DNA of 32,000 nt from an archaeon (GTDB lineage Archaea > Asgardarchaeota > Thorarchaeia > Thorarchaeales > Thorarchaeaceae). The notes below the pieces were generated by a model. It did not search any database. It saw only the letters and a program-made list of their open reading frames with translations, and was not told the DNA's origin. Location: NCBI GenBank assembly GCA_024275415.1, contig JAJRZD010000051.1:60001-92000 (forward strand), read 5' to 3'. A program made the translations under genes and the position numbers. Positions 16,104 to 25,355 of the stretch are shown one piece after another (position 1 is the stretch's first letter; every line of letters starts with the position of its first letter).

Positions 16104-17369
16104 TTAGCTCAGCGGTTGTGTTTCTACTGGCATGTGCCTTTGCACTGTCCGAGGCAATCCGATGGCAGCCGTGACTCCACCGGCTACTGAAACGACAACT
16201 GCAACTGCTAGGGATGATGCAGCATTGCCAGTTGTATCGAATAGCACCCCTCCCAACAATGGGCCGACCACATAGGCACTGTTGCTTACTGCGCCCATGA
16301 CACCCATTATGCTCCCGTAAGATTGCACATCTGTCAGATCAGCAGTAAGTGCTTGGATTGTCGGGCCTCTCATGGAGATGGCAATACCAAGCACGGCACC
16401 GCCGAGGTAGAAGCCCACAACGTCTGTGGCAATCATAAATAGATACAACGATAATGCACCAATGAAAGACCCCATGACGATGAGCCACTTCCGGCCTAGT
16501 TTGTCGGACATCTTCCCGAATATGATATTACCAATGATGGTGATGACACCCAGCACGCCGAAGAATATCCCGATCTCCAAAGGGGAAATCCCATAGATAA
16601 TCACAATCTCAAGCGTGAAAGCGACTTCTAGGATTCCAAGAGCGAACATGTTTGCGAACATCGCGACACCTAAGGTCGAGTACGCTTTCGGGTTCCGCCT
16701 GAGAATGTCGATCACGGGAGGACGCGTGGCAGTCGCTCTCGTGCCTTCGGGTGTAGGTCTATCAGGTTCCTTGACAAAGACAACAATTGCAAGAAAGGTG
16801 ACTAAAGAGCCGATTGCAGCGATGATGAAAGGTAAGCGTATTCCGAGGAACTGGGCAAGAATTCCCCCAATTGTAGGACCGATTACGAAACCAAGCATAT
16901 TGCCCATACTGATGTAGCCCATGGCAGTTCCCCTATTCTTTGGTGTTGTCATATCTGAAACATATGCGTTGGCAGAGGGGTAGAACCCAGCAGATATTGC
17001 GCCTTCAATGGTACGGGCAAGGATCATCACTACGATATTCTGCGCGAAGGCATAGACCACATTAGCCAGTGCGAAGCCGACCATCGAGAACATCAGGATT
17101 GGTCTGCGCCCAGTCTTGTCGGAAAGGCGACCCATAGGACCAGCAAGCACGATGCGGGTCAATGCAAAGGAGGCTGCAAGAATCCCAAGATCCAAGGCAC
17201 TAGCACCAAGATTGACAACATAATAGGGGAAGATGGGTGTGACTATCCCAAAGCCAATTTGAAGGATAGTCAGAGAAATTGCCAGAGTAATGACCTGTCG
17301 CATTCCTTTTTCTGAGACTGAGGTATCACGAAACTCCAAGAAATCATCAGTTCCAGAGGTCTGTTCCAT
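16104..17369 (-). CDS. MFS transporter (DHA1/TetA-like)
   Basis: About 12 TM helices, motif A GRLSDKTGRR with its repeat GKMSDKLGRK, and GFVIGPTIGG. Confidence 0.9.
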   Translation of the reverse strand: MEQTSGTDDFLEFRDTSVSEKGMRQVITLAISLTILQIGFGIVTPIFPYYVVNLGASALDLGILAASFALTRIVLAGPMGRLSDKTGRRPILMFSMVGFALANVVYAFAQNIVVMILARTIEGAISAGFYPSANAYVSDMTTPKNRGTAMGYISMGNMLGFVIGPTIGGILAQFLGIRLPFIIAAIGSLVTFLAIVVFVKEPDRPTPEGTRATATRPPVIDILRRNPKAYSTLGVAMFANMFALGILEVAFTLEIVIIYGISPLEIGIFFGVLGVITIIGNIIFGKMSDKLGRKWLIVMGSFIGALSLYLFMIATDVVGFYLGGAVLGIAISMRGPTIQALTADLTDVQSYGSIMGVMGAVSNSAYVVGPLLGGVLFDTTGNAASSLAVAVVVSVAGGVTAAIGLPRTVQRHMPVETQPLS

Positions 17370-17431
17370 CTTACGTTACGCCCTGACCACCGCAATGATG
17401 TGGGCGCTTTTTCAGTCTTACTAGGAGGAAT

Positions 17432-17956
17432 TCACTTGTCTATGATGACCCTGCTGACACCTCGAATCGCAGTCAGAGTTTCAATTACTCTGCCAGGAAG
17501 CGGTTCGTGAGTTATGACCTTCATGCAAGGCTCCTCGTAGATTGCAACATCTTCTGCAAGGACTTGCCTGATTGCGATGCCGTGTCCAGCAATGCTAGAG
17601 GTAACCTCAGACAGTATCCCAGGGGTTTCGGGGGACTCGACATAGATGGTAACGACACCATAACCGAGATAGCGGCTTGCCTTCTCCAATGACGGACCGG
17701 CTGGAAGCAGCGACGAGAAGAAATTGTAGAGTTCAGGAATCTGACATATGTCCTCGGTGGTCGCCCTCACCGTTCTTCTATCGAACCCAAGTGCGTCACC
17801 AATCGACTTGAGAGGGACACGTATACGTCCGCATTTCACAATACCTGGGCCTTCGACTTTGAACCCATGCCTGACGATGGCCTGAGCGACAGCAAGTCTA
17901 CTTGGCGAATCCTTGAAGTGATCCACAATCTTCCGCCACACACTAACCGCATCCAT
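17432..17956 (-). CDS. ACT-domain protein, putative amino-acid-responsive regulator (COG2150-like)
   Basis: N-terminal HTH-like DRRTV segment and C-terminal ACT (PGILSEVTSSIAGHGIAIRQ). Its ATG overlaps the upstream TAA by 1 nt. Confidence 0.8.
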   Translation of the reverse strand: MDAVSVWRKIVDHFKDSPSRLAVAQAIVRHGFKVEGPGIVKCGRIRVPLKSIGDALGFDRRTVRATTEDICQIPELYNFFSSLLPAGPSLEKASRYLGYGVVTIYVESPETPGILSEVTSSIAGHGIAIRQVLAEDVAIYEEPCMKVITHEPLPGRVIETLTAIRGVSRVIIDK

Positions 17957-18492
17957 TAGACTATGAGCTTCTCCATAAGAACCTCATTGATATATCCCTT
18001 TGGCATAAGAAAATGTTTCTCCCTCATGCCAACTATATGATATCCAAGCGATTCATACAATCCTAGAGCAACATTGTTGGATTCAAAAGTGCTGAGGACA
18101 ATCTTCTCATATCGTTGTATTCGTCCAGCTTCCTCAACTGCGAGCATCAACGCCCTTCCGACACCTTTGCTTCTGTAGTGCTTTCTAACGATAATGCCTA
18201 AACGTGCAACGTGTTTTGATGCATGCCACTCCTCAGGTTGGAGGCTGACATGTCCGGCATACTCGCCCTCGACTCTGGCAACGAGCAACACTTCGCGGTT
18301 CGAATAGGTTCGCTGAATCCAGCGTGCCCACTCGCTTTGATTGGAACTCGGCTTTGTTGTGGGTAGCCACTTTCCTTCCTGTACGACCTCACAGAAGCAA
18401 TGGAACATCTCTGATGCGTCCGCAACCTTAGCATGTCGAACCACGACAGACTTCTGATCCTTTGTCAAGAAGACCCATTCATCCACACTCAT
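17956..18492 (-). CDS. GNAT family N-acetyltransferase
   Basis: LGIIVRKHYRSKGVGRALM, NNVALGLYESLG and EVLMEK. Confidence 0.88.
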   Translation of the reverse strand: MSVDEWVFLTKDQKSVVVRHAKVADASEMFHCFCEVVQEGKWLPTTKPSSNQSEWARWIQRTYSNREVLLVARVEGEYAGHVSLQPEEWHASKHVARLGIIVRKHYRSKGVGRALMLAVEEAGRIQRYEKIVLSTFESNNVALGLYESLGYHIVGMREKHFLMPKGYINEVLMEKLIV

Positions 18493-18507
18493 TCCCCCAA
18501 TGAAAGG

Positions 18508-19332
18508 TCAGTTGGAACTCGTAAGAGGGATATCTATTCGAGCCCCGGGCCTCGGGAGCGAGCAGACATAGACACGATCGACCTCAACCATGGCAGTATT
18601 CTCGTCCAGTTCCCTGAATGTACCTTTCATCTGGAAGACGGCAGGTTCAAGGGTGACAAGTGAAACCGCTACCCTTTGACCATCGGAGATGTTGTACCCT
18701 CTTTTCTGCTCTTGAGTCCGTTTCATGACAATGCGATTCGAATGTACAGGAAGCATCCCGAACTCTGGAAACCCTACTGGATAGCCATCTTCGTCAATGA
18801 ATGAGAGTATCTTTACCGCAGCAAGCTCACGAAACCGCTTAATGATTGGAAATGACATGTTGCCCTCACGAGTTTCGACATGGGGTACTTTCTTGGCGGC
18901 CATCTTTGCCTTGACAAAGCTGGACAATACGCTTATCTTAGAGATAAGGTGTTTCGCACTCACGGAAACAGGATTTGCTAGGCCAGCAGCCCGTGCATTA
19001 GTGTACTGACTGTACCTAAACAAGGGCGTCATGGCCATGAACTCAAAGACATCATCGTTCCGATGGTATGACTCGAATTCGGCCTTTATCAACCAGCTCT
19101 CAAGATCCATCGTGAGCACAAGAATCGACATCTCACGGTTCCCGTCAAGAAGGTTAAGTCTAGACTTGTAGGTCATGAAATCGCCATATACAAGCTGGGA
19201 CTTGTTGTAGACAGTCCATGACATCACTAGAGCACTGTTTGGCTCATTGTTCTTGTCCTTCGTGAACATGAACTTCGGGGTTTCAAATACACACATTGCA
19301 TCTACCAAATCGGATGGTAATAGTCTATCCAC
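18508..19332 (-). CDS. Tandem pyridoxamine 5'-phosphate oxidase-like (FMN split-barrel) domain protein
   Basis: Two similar halves: KFMFTKDKNNEPN...KSRLNL and KILSFIDEDGYP...RVAVSL...QMKGTF. The GTG start overlaps the activase stop by 8 nt. Confidence 0.7.
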   Translation of the reverse strand: MDRLLPSDLVDAMCVFETPKFMFTKDKNNEPNSALVMSWTVYNKSQLVYGDFMTYKSRLNLLDGNREMSILVLTMDLESWLIKAEFESYHRNDDVFEFMAMTPLFRYSQYTNARAAGLANPVSVSAKHLISKISVLSSFVKAKMAAKKVPHVETREGNMSFPIIKRFRELAAVKILSFIDEDGYPVGFPEFGMLPVHSNRIVMKRTQEQKRGYNISDGQRVAVSLVTLEPAVFQMKGTFRELDENTAMVEVDRVYVCSLPRPGARIDIPLTSSN

Positions 19333-20302
19333 AAGTATTCACCTCTCTCTGTGGTGTTGATGGTTGTGACCCGCGGTCTAGTTTTGTCATACCGGACCAG
19401 ACAACATTGACGACACCTTCGCTCCGGGCTACACGGGCCAGTTCTTCCATGTGATCCCTTTCAATCAGGTCGTAATCCTTCAATGGATATTCCAGCCCAA
19501 AGAGTCGGTATTTCTCAACACACATCTTGTTGAACGCGAGAAGGTCGTAGCGTTCTACATTAGGCAACTCAGAGCTGATAAAACGTGCGATGGCACGGAT
19601 GTTGTCTTTCGAGTCAGTGTGCATGGGGATGATTGGTGTCCGCACCCACACAGGAATGTCAGTCGAAGCAAGAGTCCTTATGTTAGCAAAGATACGTTCC
19701 AGAGGGATACCAGTGAACTCTGTATGCTTCTCAGGATCCAGATGTTTCACATCAAGAAGCACAAGATCCATATTGTCAATGACCTCTCGCCACACTTTGT
19801 CACTAGCATAAGCCGTTGTGTCCAGTGCAACATGAATGCCCTGAGACCTCAGATTCTGAGCGAGACGCACTACGAAATCAGCCTGTAGTAGGGGTTCACC
19901 ACCAGAAATAGTCACGCCACCATCTGAGGTATCAAAGAACACCTTGTCACGTATCAGTTCTTCTGCAAGTTCATTGACTTCACGTGACCGTCCAATGAGT
20001 TCCAACGCACCTGTTGGACAGACCTCTTCACAGATCCCGCAGACCTTGCATCTCTCGCGGTCAATCATCATGCCTTCGTGTGTCAGGTTCAGTGCCTTTT
20101 CAGGACATGCATCAACACATGCTCGATCACCGATGCATTTGCTCCCATGCCATACAAGGCGTGGTTCGGCGTCTATCGTTTCGATATTGTGGCACCAGAC
20201 ACATTTCAACGGACAACCCTTGAGGAACACTGTTGTTCGGATGCCGGGCCCATCCTCGGTCGAACAACGTTGAATGTTTGTGATAATCCCTGTTTCGCTC
20301 AT
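19325..20302 (-). CDS. Glycyl-radical enzyme activating enzyme (radical SAM, ferredoxin-insert type)
   Basis: DGPGIRTTVFLKGCPLKCVWCHN (CxxxCxxC), inserts CIGDRACVDACP and CKVCGICEEVCP, and GGVTISGGEP. Confidence 0.95.
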   Translation of the reverse strand: MSETGIITNIQRCSTEDGPGIRTTVFLKGCPLKCVWCHNIETIDAEPRLVWHGSKCIGDRACVDACPEKALNLTHEGMMIDRERCKVCGICEEVCPTGALELIGRSREVNELAEELIRDKVFFDTSDGGVTISGGEPLLQADFVVRLAQNLRSQGIHVALDTTAYASDKVWREVIDNMDLVLLDVKHLDPEKHTEFTGIPLERIFANIRTLASTDIPVWVRTPIIPMHTDSKDNIRAIARFISSELPNVERYDLLAFNKMCVEKYRLFGLEYPLKDYDLIERDHMEELARVARSEGVVNVVWSGMTKLDRGSQPSTPQREVNTCG

Positions 20303-22728
20303 TACAGACTGTGCTCCGTACGTCTGATAATCTCCTCTTGGAGCTCTCTTCCGATTTGCGTAAAGAACGCATTGTAACCGGTGACTCGAACCAAGAGATT
20401 GGAATACTTGTCTGGGTTCTTCTGTGCATCTCTGAGGGTTTCTGCATCGATGATATTGATCTGTAGAGCCGTACCGCCCACCTCGTTGTAGGCACGTAAG
20501 AAAGCGGCAAGTTTCTGAAGATGCTCGGGAGTACGAACCATCGAGGGGCTGATAGTGATAGTATGTGATGCGCCATTGGGGATGGTGCGTAATTCGAGCT
20601 TGCCAACAGACCGAGTCGAGGCAGTGGGTCCCTTCGAATCCATGCCTTGGACTGCTCCCACACCGCCGGAGAGAAATTCGCCTCGTCTTCTGCCATCGGG
20701 TGTCGCTGCGGTAATCGGGGCGAGAGGAATAAAGTAGTTCCAGCTTAGATAACCAGCACGGAACTTTCGTCCTGTGTACGGATTCTCGTACTTGCGGACC
20801 TCGGTCGCCCAGAAGGTGGAAAGGTCATGAGCTATCGAGTCTGCATAATCATCATCATTTCCGTACTTCGGTGCCTTCTGCCGGAGCAGCTGGCGCAATT
20901 CGTCATAGCCTTCAAAGTTTTTCCGAATGGCGTCCAACAGTTCCTTCATCGATACCCTGTTGGTTTCGTACACCATCTTCTTGACAGCACTTACCGAGTC
21001 AGTCAACGTGGCGATGCCCATGCCCTCCATGGTGTTGAAGTTCCAGATGGTGCCGCCTTCATTGATGTCCTTGCCATTTGCAGCACAGCCATCCATCAAC
21101 GCGCTCAGGTATGGAGTAGGTTGCCACTTTGCCCTGATGGTGTCAGCCATGTTCCCTGCATTCACAAGCAATCGCACCATCTCTGCGAGTTGTGCCTTGA
21201 CAGCGACAAGGAACTCTTCGTAAGTTGTGAAGGTCATAGGGTCTCCTGTACGTACACCCACTTGCTCGCCAGTTTCCAGATCGCGTCCGTCATTCAATGC
21301 AAGCTCGACAGCCTTGGCAAGATTGATGTTCACATCGACAGTATCTGAGCGGTCACAGCCTTGCATCGTGTTCTCAAGACAGCCGACAATGCCGTAATCC
21401 CACGCTTGCTCACGAGGGACTCCTTGCCAGACGAGACCTTCAATACTGTGCTCATCGAAGTTGAGCAGGAACGGCGAGCCCTGCGCCTTTGAAAGTATCT
21501 CGCAGATTCGTAGGAGCAGGTCATCTGGGGTGTTCCGGTGAATGCGGATGTTCGGCTTAGGCTCCAGCAGGTTCATCTCCTCGATGACTTCGAGGAGCAG
21601 CCATGTGAGCTCATTTGATACGTCCTCACCGTTGGGCCCACAGCCCCCTAATGTCACCAGTTGCCCAAAGCTAGAGTTGATTCCCTGATTGATTCCGAGC
21701 CGTCCTTGAAAATCATACACATAGTTGTGTTTTATCCAGTAACACTGCAAAAGTTCCTTTGCCTCGTCACGGGTAAGCTCGCCCGACTCGATGCTTGCCT
21801 TGTAAAAGGGATACATATACTGGTCGAACCTTCCATGTGATAATCCTGCACCCGGGTAAGATTCGGCAGCCATGACCAGGATGTGCGTTGTCCAGAGCGC
21901 TTGGAGGGCTTCCCACCACGTTTCAGGTGGTTCCCACGGCACTTTCCTGCAGATCCTCGCTATCTCCTGAAGTTCAGCCCTCCTTTTCGAGTCAGGTTCT
22001 TTTGCAGCAAGAAACTTTGCCTTTTCGGCATATCTCACGTTGAAATCACGGGCGGTTTCGCAGCTGAGGATCAATGATTGGACGAACTCCCTGTGGCTTT
22101 CAGAGATATCAGAGTTGAGAATCTCCTCAAACTCCTTGACAAGTCCTTTCATTCCGATACGCATTACCTTTGCATAGTTTGGTATGATGTGCCCTGGAGC
22201 GGAGGATGCAGTCCCGACGCCCACACTGTTAAGACGTTTGGCTTCTTTGAACCATTTTTGCATTTCCTTGTTCCGAATCTTGGTTTCGGACTTCGTGAGA
22301 GACTTTGACAGGGCGGTATTGAAATGAAATCCGACGATGAGTTCGCCATCGATGATCTCGATCGGTATGTACTTGGTCATGACCTCGTAGAAGAAGATAG
22401 CCCGTCGCATGGGCAGACCATGGTCATAATAGTCATCGGGCAGGTCAACATGGATTGCCATGGCTTGCAAGGTCGCATCAATCGAAGCGAAAAACTGGTA
22501 TATCGCAGGCTCGTTTGCCCAGTCGTGGTAGGAGTATACCTCATCCCACTCGTCCCCAGAGGTGAAGGAGATGACCTCATTGGTGAGATCACGTTCGTGG
22601 AATGAATAGAAGTGATCCCTGAGCTTCTTCACTCTTTCAGTCAAGTCTTCAGAAGGGGACCAGATAGAAACCATATCAGCATCGTGGTCAAGTGTCATGT
22701 AGCATTCTTCCCATCGGGCGGTACTCAA
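20302..22728 (-). CDS. Glycyl radical enzyme (PFL2/eliminase-like superfamily), substrate unassigned
   Basis: Cys loop GCLE (21373-21384, C450/E452), Gly loop RVTGY (G784), GRFDQY, PKYGNDD and ATPDGR. There is no PFL CC pair. Start is TTG 22728 or ATG 22698. Confidence 0.93.
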   Translation of the reverse strand: MSTARWEECYMTLDHDADMVSIWSPSEDLTERVKKLRDHFYSFHERDLTNEVISFTSGDEWDEVYSYHDWANEPAIYQFFASIDATLQAMAIHVDLPDDYYDHGLPMRRAIFFYEVMTKYIPIEIIDGELIVGFHFNTALSKSLTKSETKIRNKEMQKWFKEAKRLNSVGVGTASSAPGHIIPNYAKVMRIGMKGLVKEFEEILNSDISESHREFVQSLILSCETARDFNVRYAEKAKFLAAKEPDSKRRAELQEIARICRKVPWEPPETWWEALQALWTTHILVMAAESYPGAGLSHGRFDQYMYPFYKASIESGELTRDEAKELLQCYWIKHNYVYDFQGRLGINQGINSSFGQLVTLGGCGPNGEDVSNELTWLLLEVIEEMNLLEPKPNIRIHRNTPDDLLLRICEILSKAQGSPFLLNFDEHSIEGLVWQGVPREQAWDYGIVGCLENTMQGCDRSDTVDVNINLAKAVELALNDGRDLETGEQVGVRTGDPMTFTTYEEFLVAVKAQLAEMVRLLVNAGNMADTIRAKWQPTPYLSALMDGCAANGKDINEGGTIWNFNTMEGMGIATLTDSVSAVKKMVYETNRVSMKELLDAIRKNFEGYDELRQLLRQKAPKYGNDDDYADSIAHDLSTFWATEVRKYENPYTGRKFRAGYLSWNYFIPLAPITAATPDGRRRGEFLSGGVGAVQGMDSKGPTASTRSVGKLELRTIPNGASHTITISPSMVRTPEHLQKLAAFLRAYNEVGGTALQINIIDAETLRDAQKNPDKYSNLLVRVTGYNAFFTQIGRELQEEIIRRTEHSL

Positions 22729-22859
22729 TGGATTAACGCATGGGCTAATATATCTCCTGTTCGTACACCTTTCAAACTGGCGCTAGCCTTAAAAGTGGTA
22801 TAATTTCTTGTGGCGCATCCGCCCGAAACATATCAATTGGGTACTAGGAAGGCTTCAGA

Positions 22860-24413
22860 ATGAAGAGAGTGAATCTGGTAACAATACTGATAGTAACTTT
22901 GATGATTGTCGGCACGTTTAGCATTGCCCCCAATTCATTGGCAACCCATGAAAAAGTAGCTGAAGCACCGGTATTACCAGTTTCTACAGCAGGGTTTGAT
23001 TCCGATAACATTTCCGTGACATTAATCTCGCCTGCGAACAGGAGTACGCTTGTAGGGACTGTTGACCTGAATGTGACCATTACATCAGTGAACGGCCCCC
23101 TTAACCTGACGCTCTTCGTAGATGATGAAGTCTACTTCTCCGACTACAACAAGACCGAGATCACGCCGGGTTCGATGAATCTCACACTAGATACGACACT
23201 ACTCCCCGAAGGAGATCTGAACTTCACACTCCTCCTTGAAGACAACAGTTCAGGCATCGTTGACAAGGAAACCTACTATCTCGTATTTACAGTCGATAAT
23301 CACGGTGCACCTTCAATCGAGTTGGTATCTCATGTGGCCGGTGATACGTTCACGGGGATGGACAACCTGACCCTCAATATCACAGCAGACTATGCAGAAG
23401 TCTACCTCAACATCAGTGTGGATGGGGATCTGGTTCCAGAGTACAACGCTACCTTAGTTCCAGCAGGTCTTGGTAATTTCACGATAAATGGCACACGATA
23501 TGAGAATGGGCATCACCTCATTGATATCACAGTCTACACCGAAGAGGGATTAGAGGATACATTGTCGATTCAGTTGATCTTCTTGGACTATATCAGATTC
23601 TATCTGAATGACATCACAGAATATGCCCAGATAGCAGGAGATTACGAGTTCGACATCTCTATCGAATCACCATCTGACAATGTGACAATCAACGTATACG
23701 TCGACGGAACCTTTGATTCTTCGTGGGAATTCAAGGTATCGAATGAGAGCGTGATCCTCAAAGTCGATACTACAAAGTACTCGGAAGGTGAGCACAACTT
23801 CACATTCATCGCTGATGACGATGCCGGACATAAATGGATACGAAGGTGGGTCTTCACCATAGATAACCACGGAACTCCTACCATTGAGATTGTTTCACCA
23901 ACGGAGGATGTCGTGACAGGTCTTGCGGCATTCACAGTAAACATTGAGAGTACTTGGGATACTGTGACTGTGAGAGTCTATGTCGATGACGAGTCTGTCG
24001 CAAACTATACAGATGTTGCACCTGGAGAATTCACATTTTACCTAGATACGACCCCATTCACCAAGTGGGAACATACCCTCAGAGTGGTTGTTGAAACTGA
24101 GGAGAACGAAACTGCTGAGGTGGAGGAGGTCTTTGGCTTTGCGAACATCAGAATAGAAGAGATAGTCAGTCTGGCAATCCTTCTGGGAATCGCAATCGTC
24201 ATCCCGCTCATCAGAAAGAAAGGTGGTGAGCCCCTCAGACCAATCCTCATCTTAGATGTGATATACCTACTAGTGGTGGCAGCGGGCTTTCTGATAGCCG
24301 GGGTAACTACAATCCCATTTGCGCTCTGGCACTTCAATCTTGGAAGCATTTGGATCCTAGGCGGAATCCTAGTCGTCCTCAATTGGGTGTACCCACTGAT
24401 AACAGAGGAATGA
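22860..24413 (+). CDS. Cell-surface protein: signal peptide, four Ig-like beta domains, C-terminal ~3-TM anchor
   Basis: The repeated junction VFT(V/I)DNHG(A/T)P(S/T)IE(L/I)VS, the beta-rich composition, ~19 NxS/T sequons and three terminal hydrophobic segments. Confidence 0.8.
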   Translation: MKRVNLVTILIVTLMIVGTFSIAPNSLATHEKVAEAPVLPVSTAGFDSDNISVTLISPANRSTLVGTVDLNVTITSVNGPLNLTLFVDDEVYFSDYNKTEITPGSMNLTLDTTLLPEGDLNFTLLLEDNSSGIVDKETYYLVFTVDNHGAPSIELVSHVAGDTFTGMDNLTLNITADYAEVYLNISVDGDLVPEYNATLVPAGLGNFTINGTRYENGHHLIDITVYTEEGLEDTLSIQLIFLDYIRFYLNDITEYAQIAGDYEFDISIESPSDNVTINVYVDGTFDSSWEFKVSNESVILKVDTTKYSEGEHNFTFIADDDAGHKWIRRWVFTIDNHGTPTIEIVSPTEDVVTGLAAFTVNIESTWDTVTVRVYVDDESVANYTDVAPGEFTFYLDTTPFTKWEHTLRVVVETEENETAEVEEVFGFANIRIEEIVSLAILLGIAIVIPLIRKKGGEPLRPILILDVIYLLVVAAGFLIAGVTTIPFALWHFNLGSIWILGGILVVLNWVYPLITEE

Positions 24414-24414
24414 A

Positions 24415-25278
24415 CTAGAGTATCCTAGTGACCGGGATAAGGCGTGATTCGTCAACAGACCACCGAGCAGTTTTCTTGAACCTCGCGAGTTGGTCTTTGG
24501 GAATCATTCCTTTCACTTTCTTTATTCTCAGCACCTTCACTGCGGACAAGACCTTCGCAGCAATCGCTTTGAGATGGTCATCGTCCCGAGTGGTGATATC
24601 AACCGCAAAGGCTCCAGTGGTTGCATCTAGCTTCACTATCACTCCTGCGCCCACAACACGGTTCTTCTGATATAGCTCATAGACACGTCCCTTGTGGCCC
24701 TTGGTAACAATCATGTCCAAGAGCTCGCACATCTTGCCGGGTATAGCTATGTTCGAGAAATTAAGCGTGGGAGGAACCTTCTGGATGTCCTTCAGCTGTT
24801 TCAGACGAAGTCCCTTTATCAATGGCGTTTTTATCCTTGAAGGGGTAGTGGAAATCTCCAGAATTGACCCTCTCGCAAAGTAATCAATCTTCATCCAGTA
24901 GTTGTAGGCTTCTGGAGGCGTGAGCGATACTACGCGAGGCACCTTCTTTTCTTTGAATACCGTTTCGGCTGTCCGTGTGAGCAGCGTACCGATACCTTGC
25001 TTTTGGTTTCGCACATCCACGTCTAGGTTGCGGATGATGCCAACTTTCCCGATCACAGGATTCTTTTCAATGCGGAACACAATCTCTCCTACGACAGAGC
25101 CCTCTTCTTCAGCAACGAACCAGCCCCAGTTCCTGAAGCATATGCCCTTGTGTTCGTTCTTGACTTCTTCAACGGTCTGGTAGCCTCCTTCCTTGGTTCT
25201 GTAGAACCACCGAGTCGTCTGATAGACAGTAAGCAGATCCTTGCAGTCACGTATCCTACCTTTTCGTATTATGACCAT
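24415..25278 (-). CDS. GNAT family protein (N-terminal GNAT + probable second degenerate GNAT-like domain)
   Basis: LDVDVRNQKQGIGTLL acetyl-CoA motif. The C-terminal half shows a GNAT-like beta/alpha pattern without a clear motif. Confidence 0.75.
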   Translation of the reverse strand: MVIIRKGRIRDCKDLLTVYQTTRWFYRTKEGGYQTVEEVKNEHKGICFRNWGWFVAEEEGSVVGEIVFRIEKNPVIGKVGIIRNLDVDVRNQKQGIGTLLTRTAETVFKEKKVPRVVSLTPPEAYNYWMKIDYFARGSILEISTTPSRIKTPLIKGLRLKQLKDIQKVPPTLNFSNIAIPGKMCELLDMIVTKGHKGRVYELYQKNRVVGAGVIVKLDATTGAFAVDITTRDDDHLKAIAAKVLSAVKVLRIKKVKGMIPKDQLARFKKTARWSVDESRLIPVTRIL

Positions 25279-25355
25279 TGAGCATCAGTTCCGTGTCAGT
25301 GTTTATCTAAAATCAGGTTCGGGTCAGGTATAAACTGATGTAACACACAGTATGT

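Noticed and set aside
20127-20696. 189-aa alternative-frame ORF across the GRE/activase junction
   Set aside because: It overlaps two well-supported genes and has low-complexity Ser/Arg/Pro composition.
20302-22728. Annotation as pyruvate formate-lyase (pflB), CutC or benzylsuccinate synthase
   Set aside because: No adjacent Cys-Cys pair, no CutC-type pocket residues by eye, and no Bss small subunits nearby.
25283-25340. 8-bp inverted repeat CATCAGTT/AACTGATG between thiR and the GNAT
   Set aside because: Short arms with a 42-nt spacer are compatible with chance, and there is no second copy.
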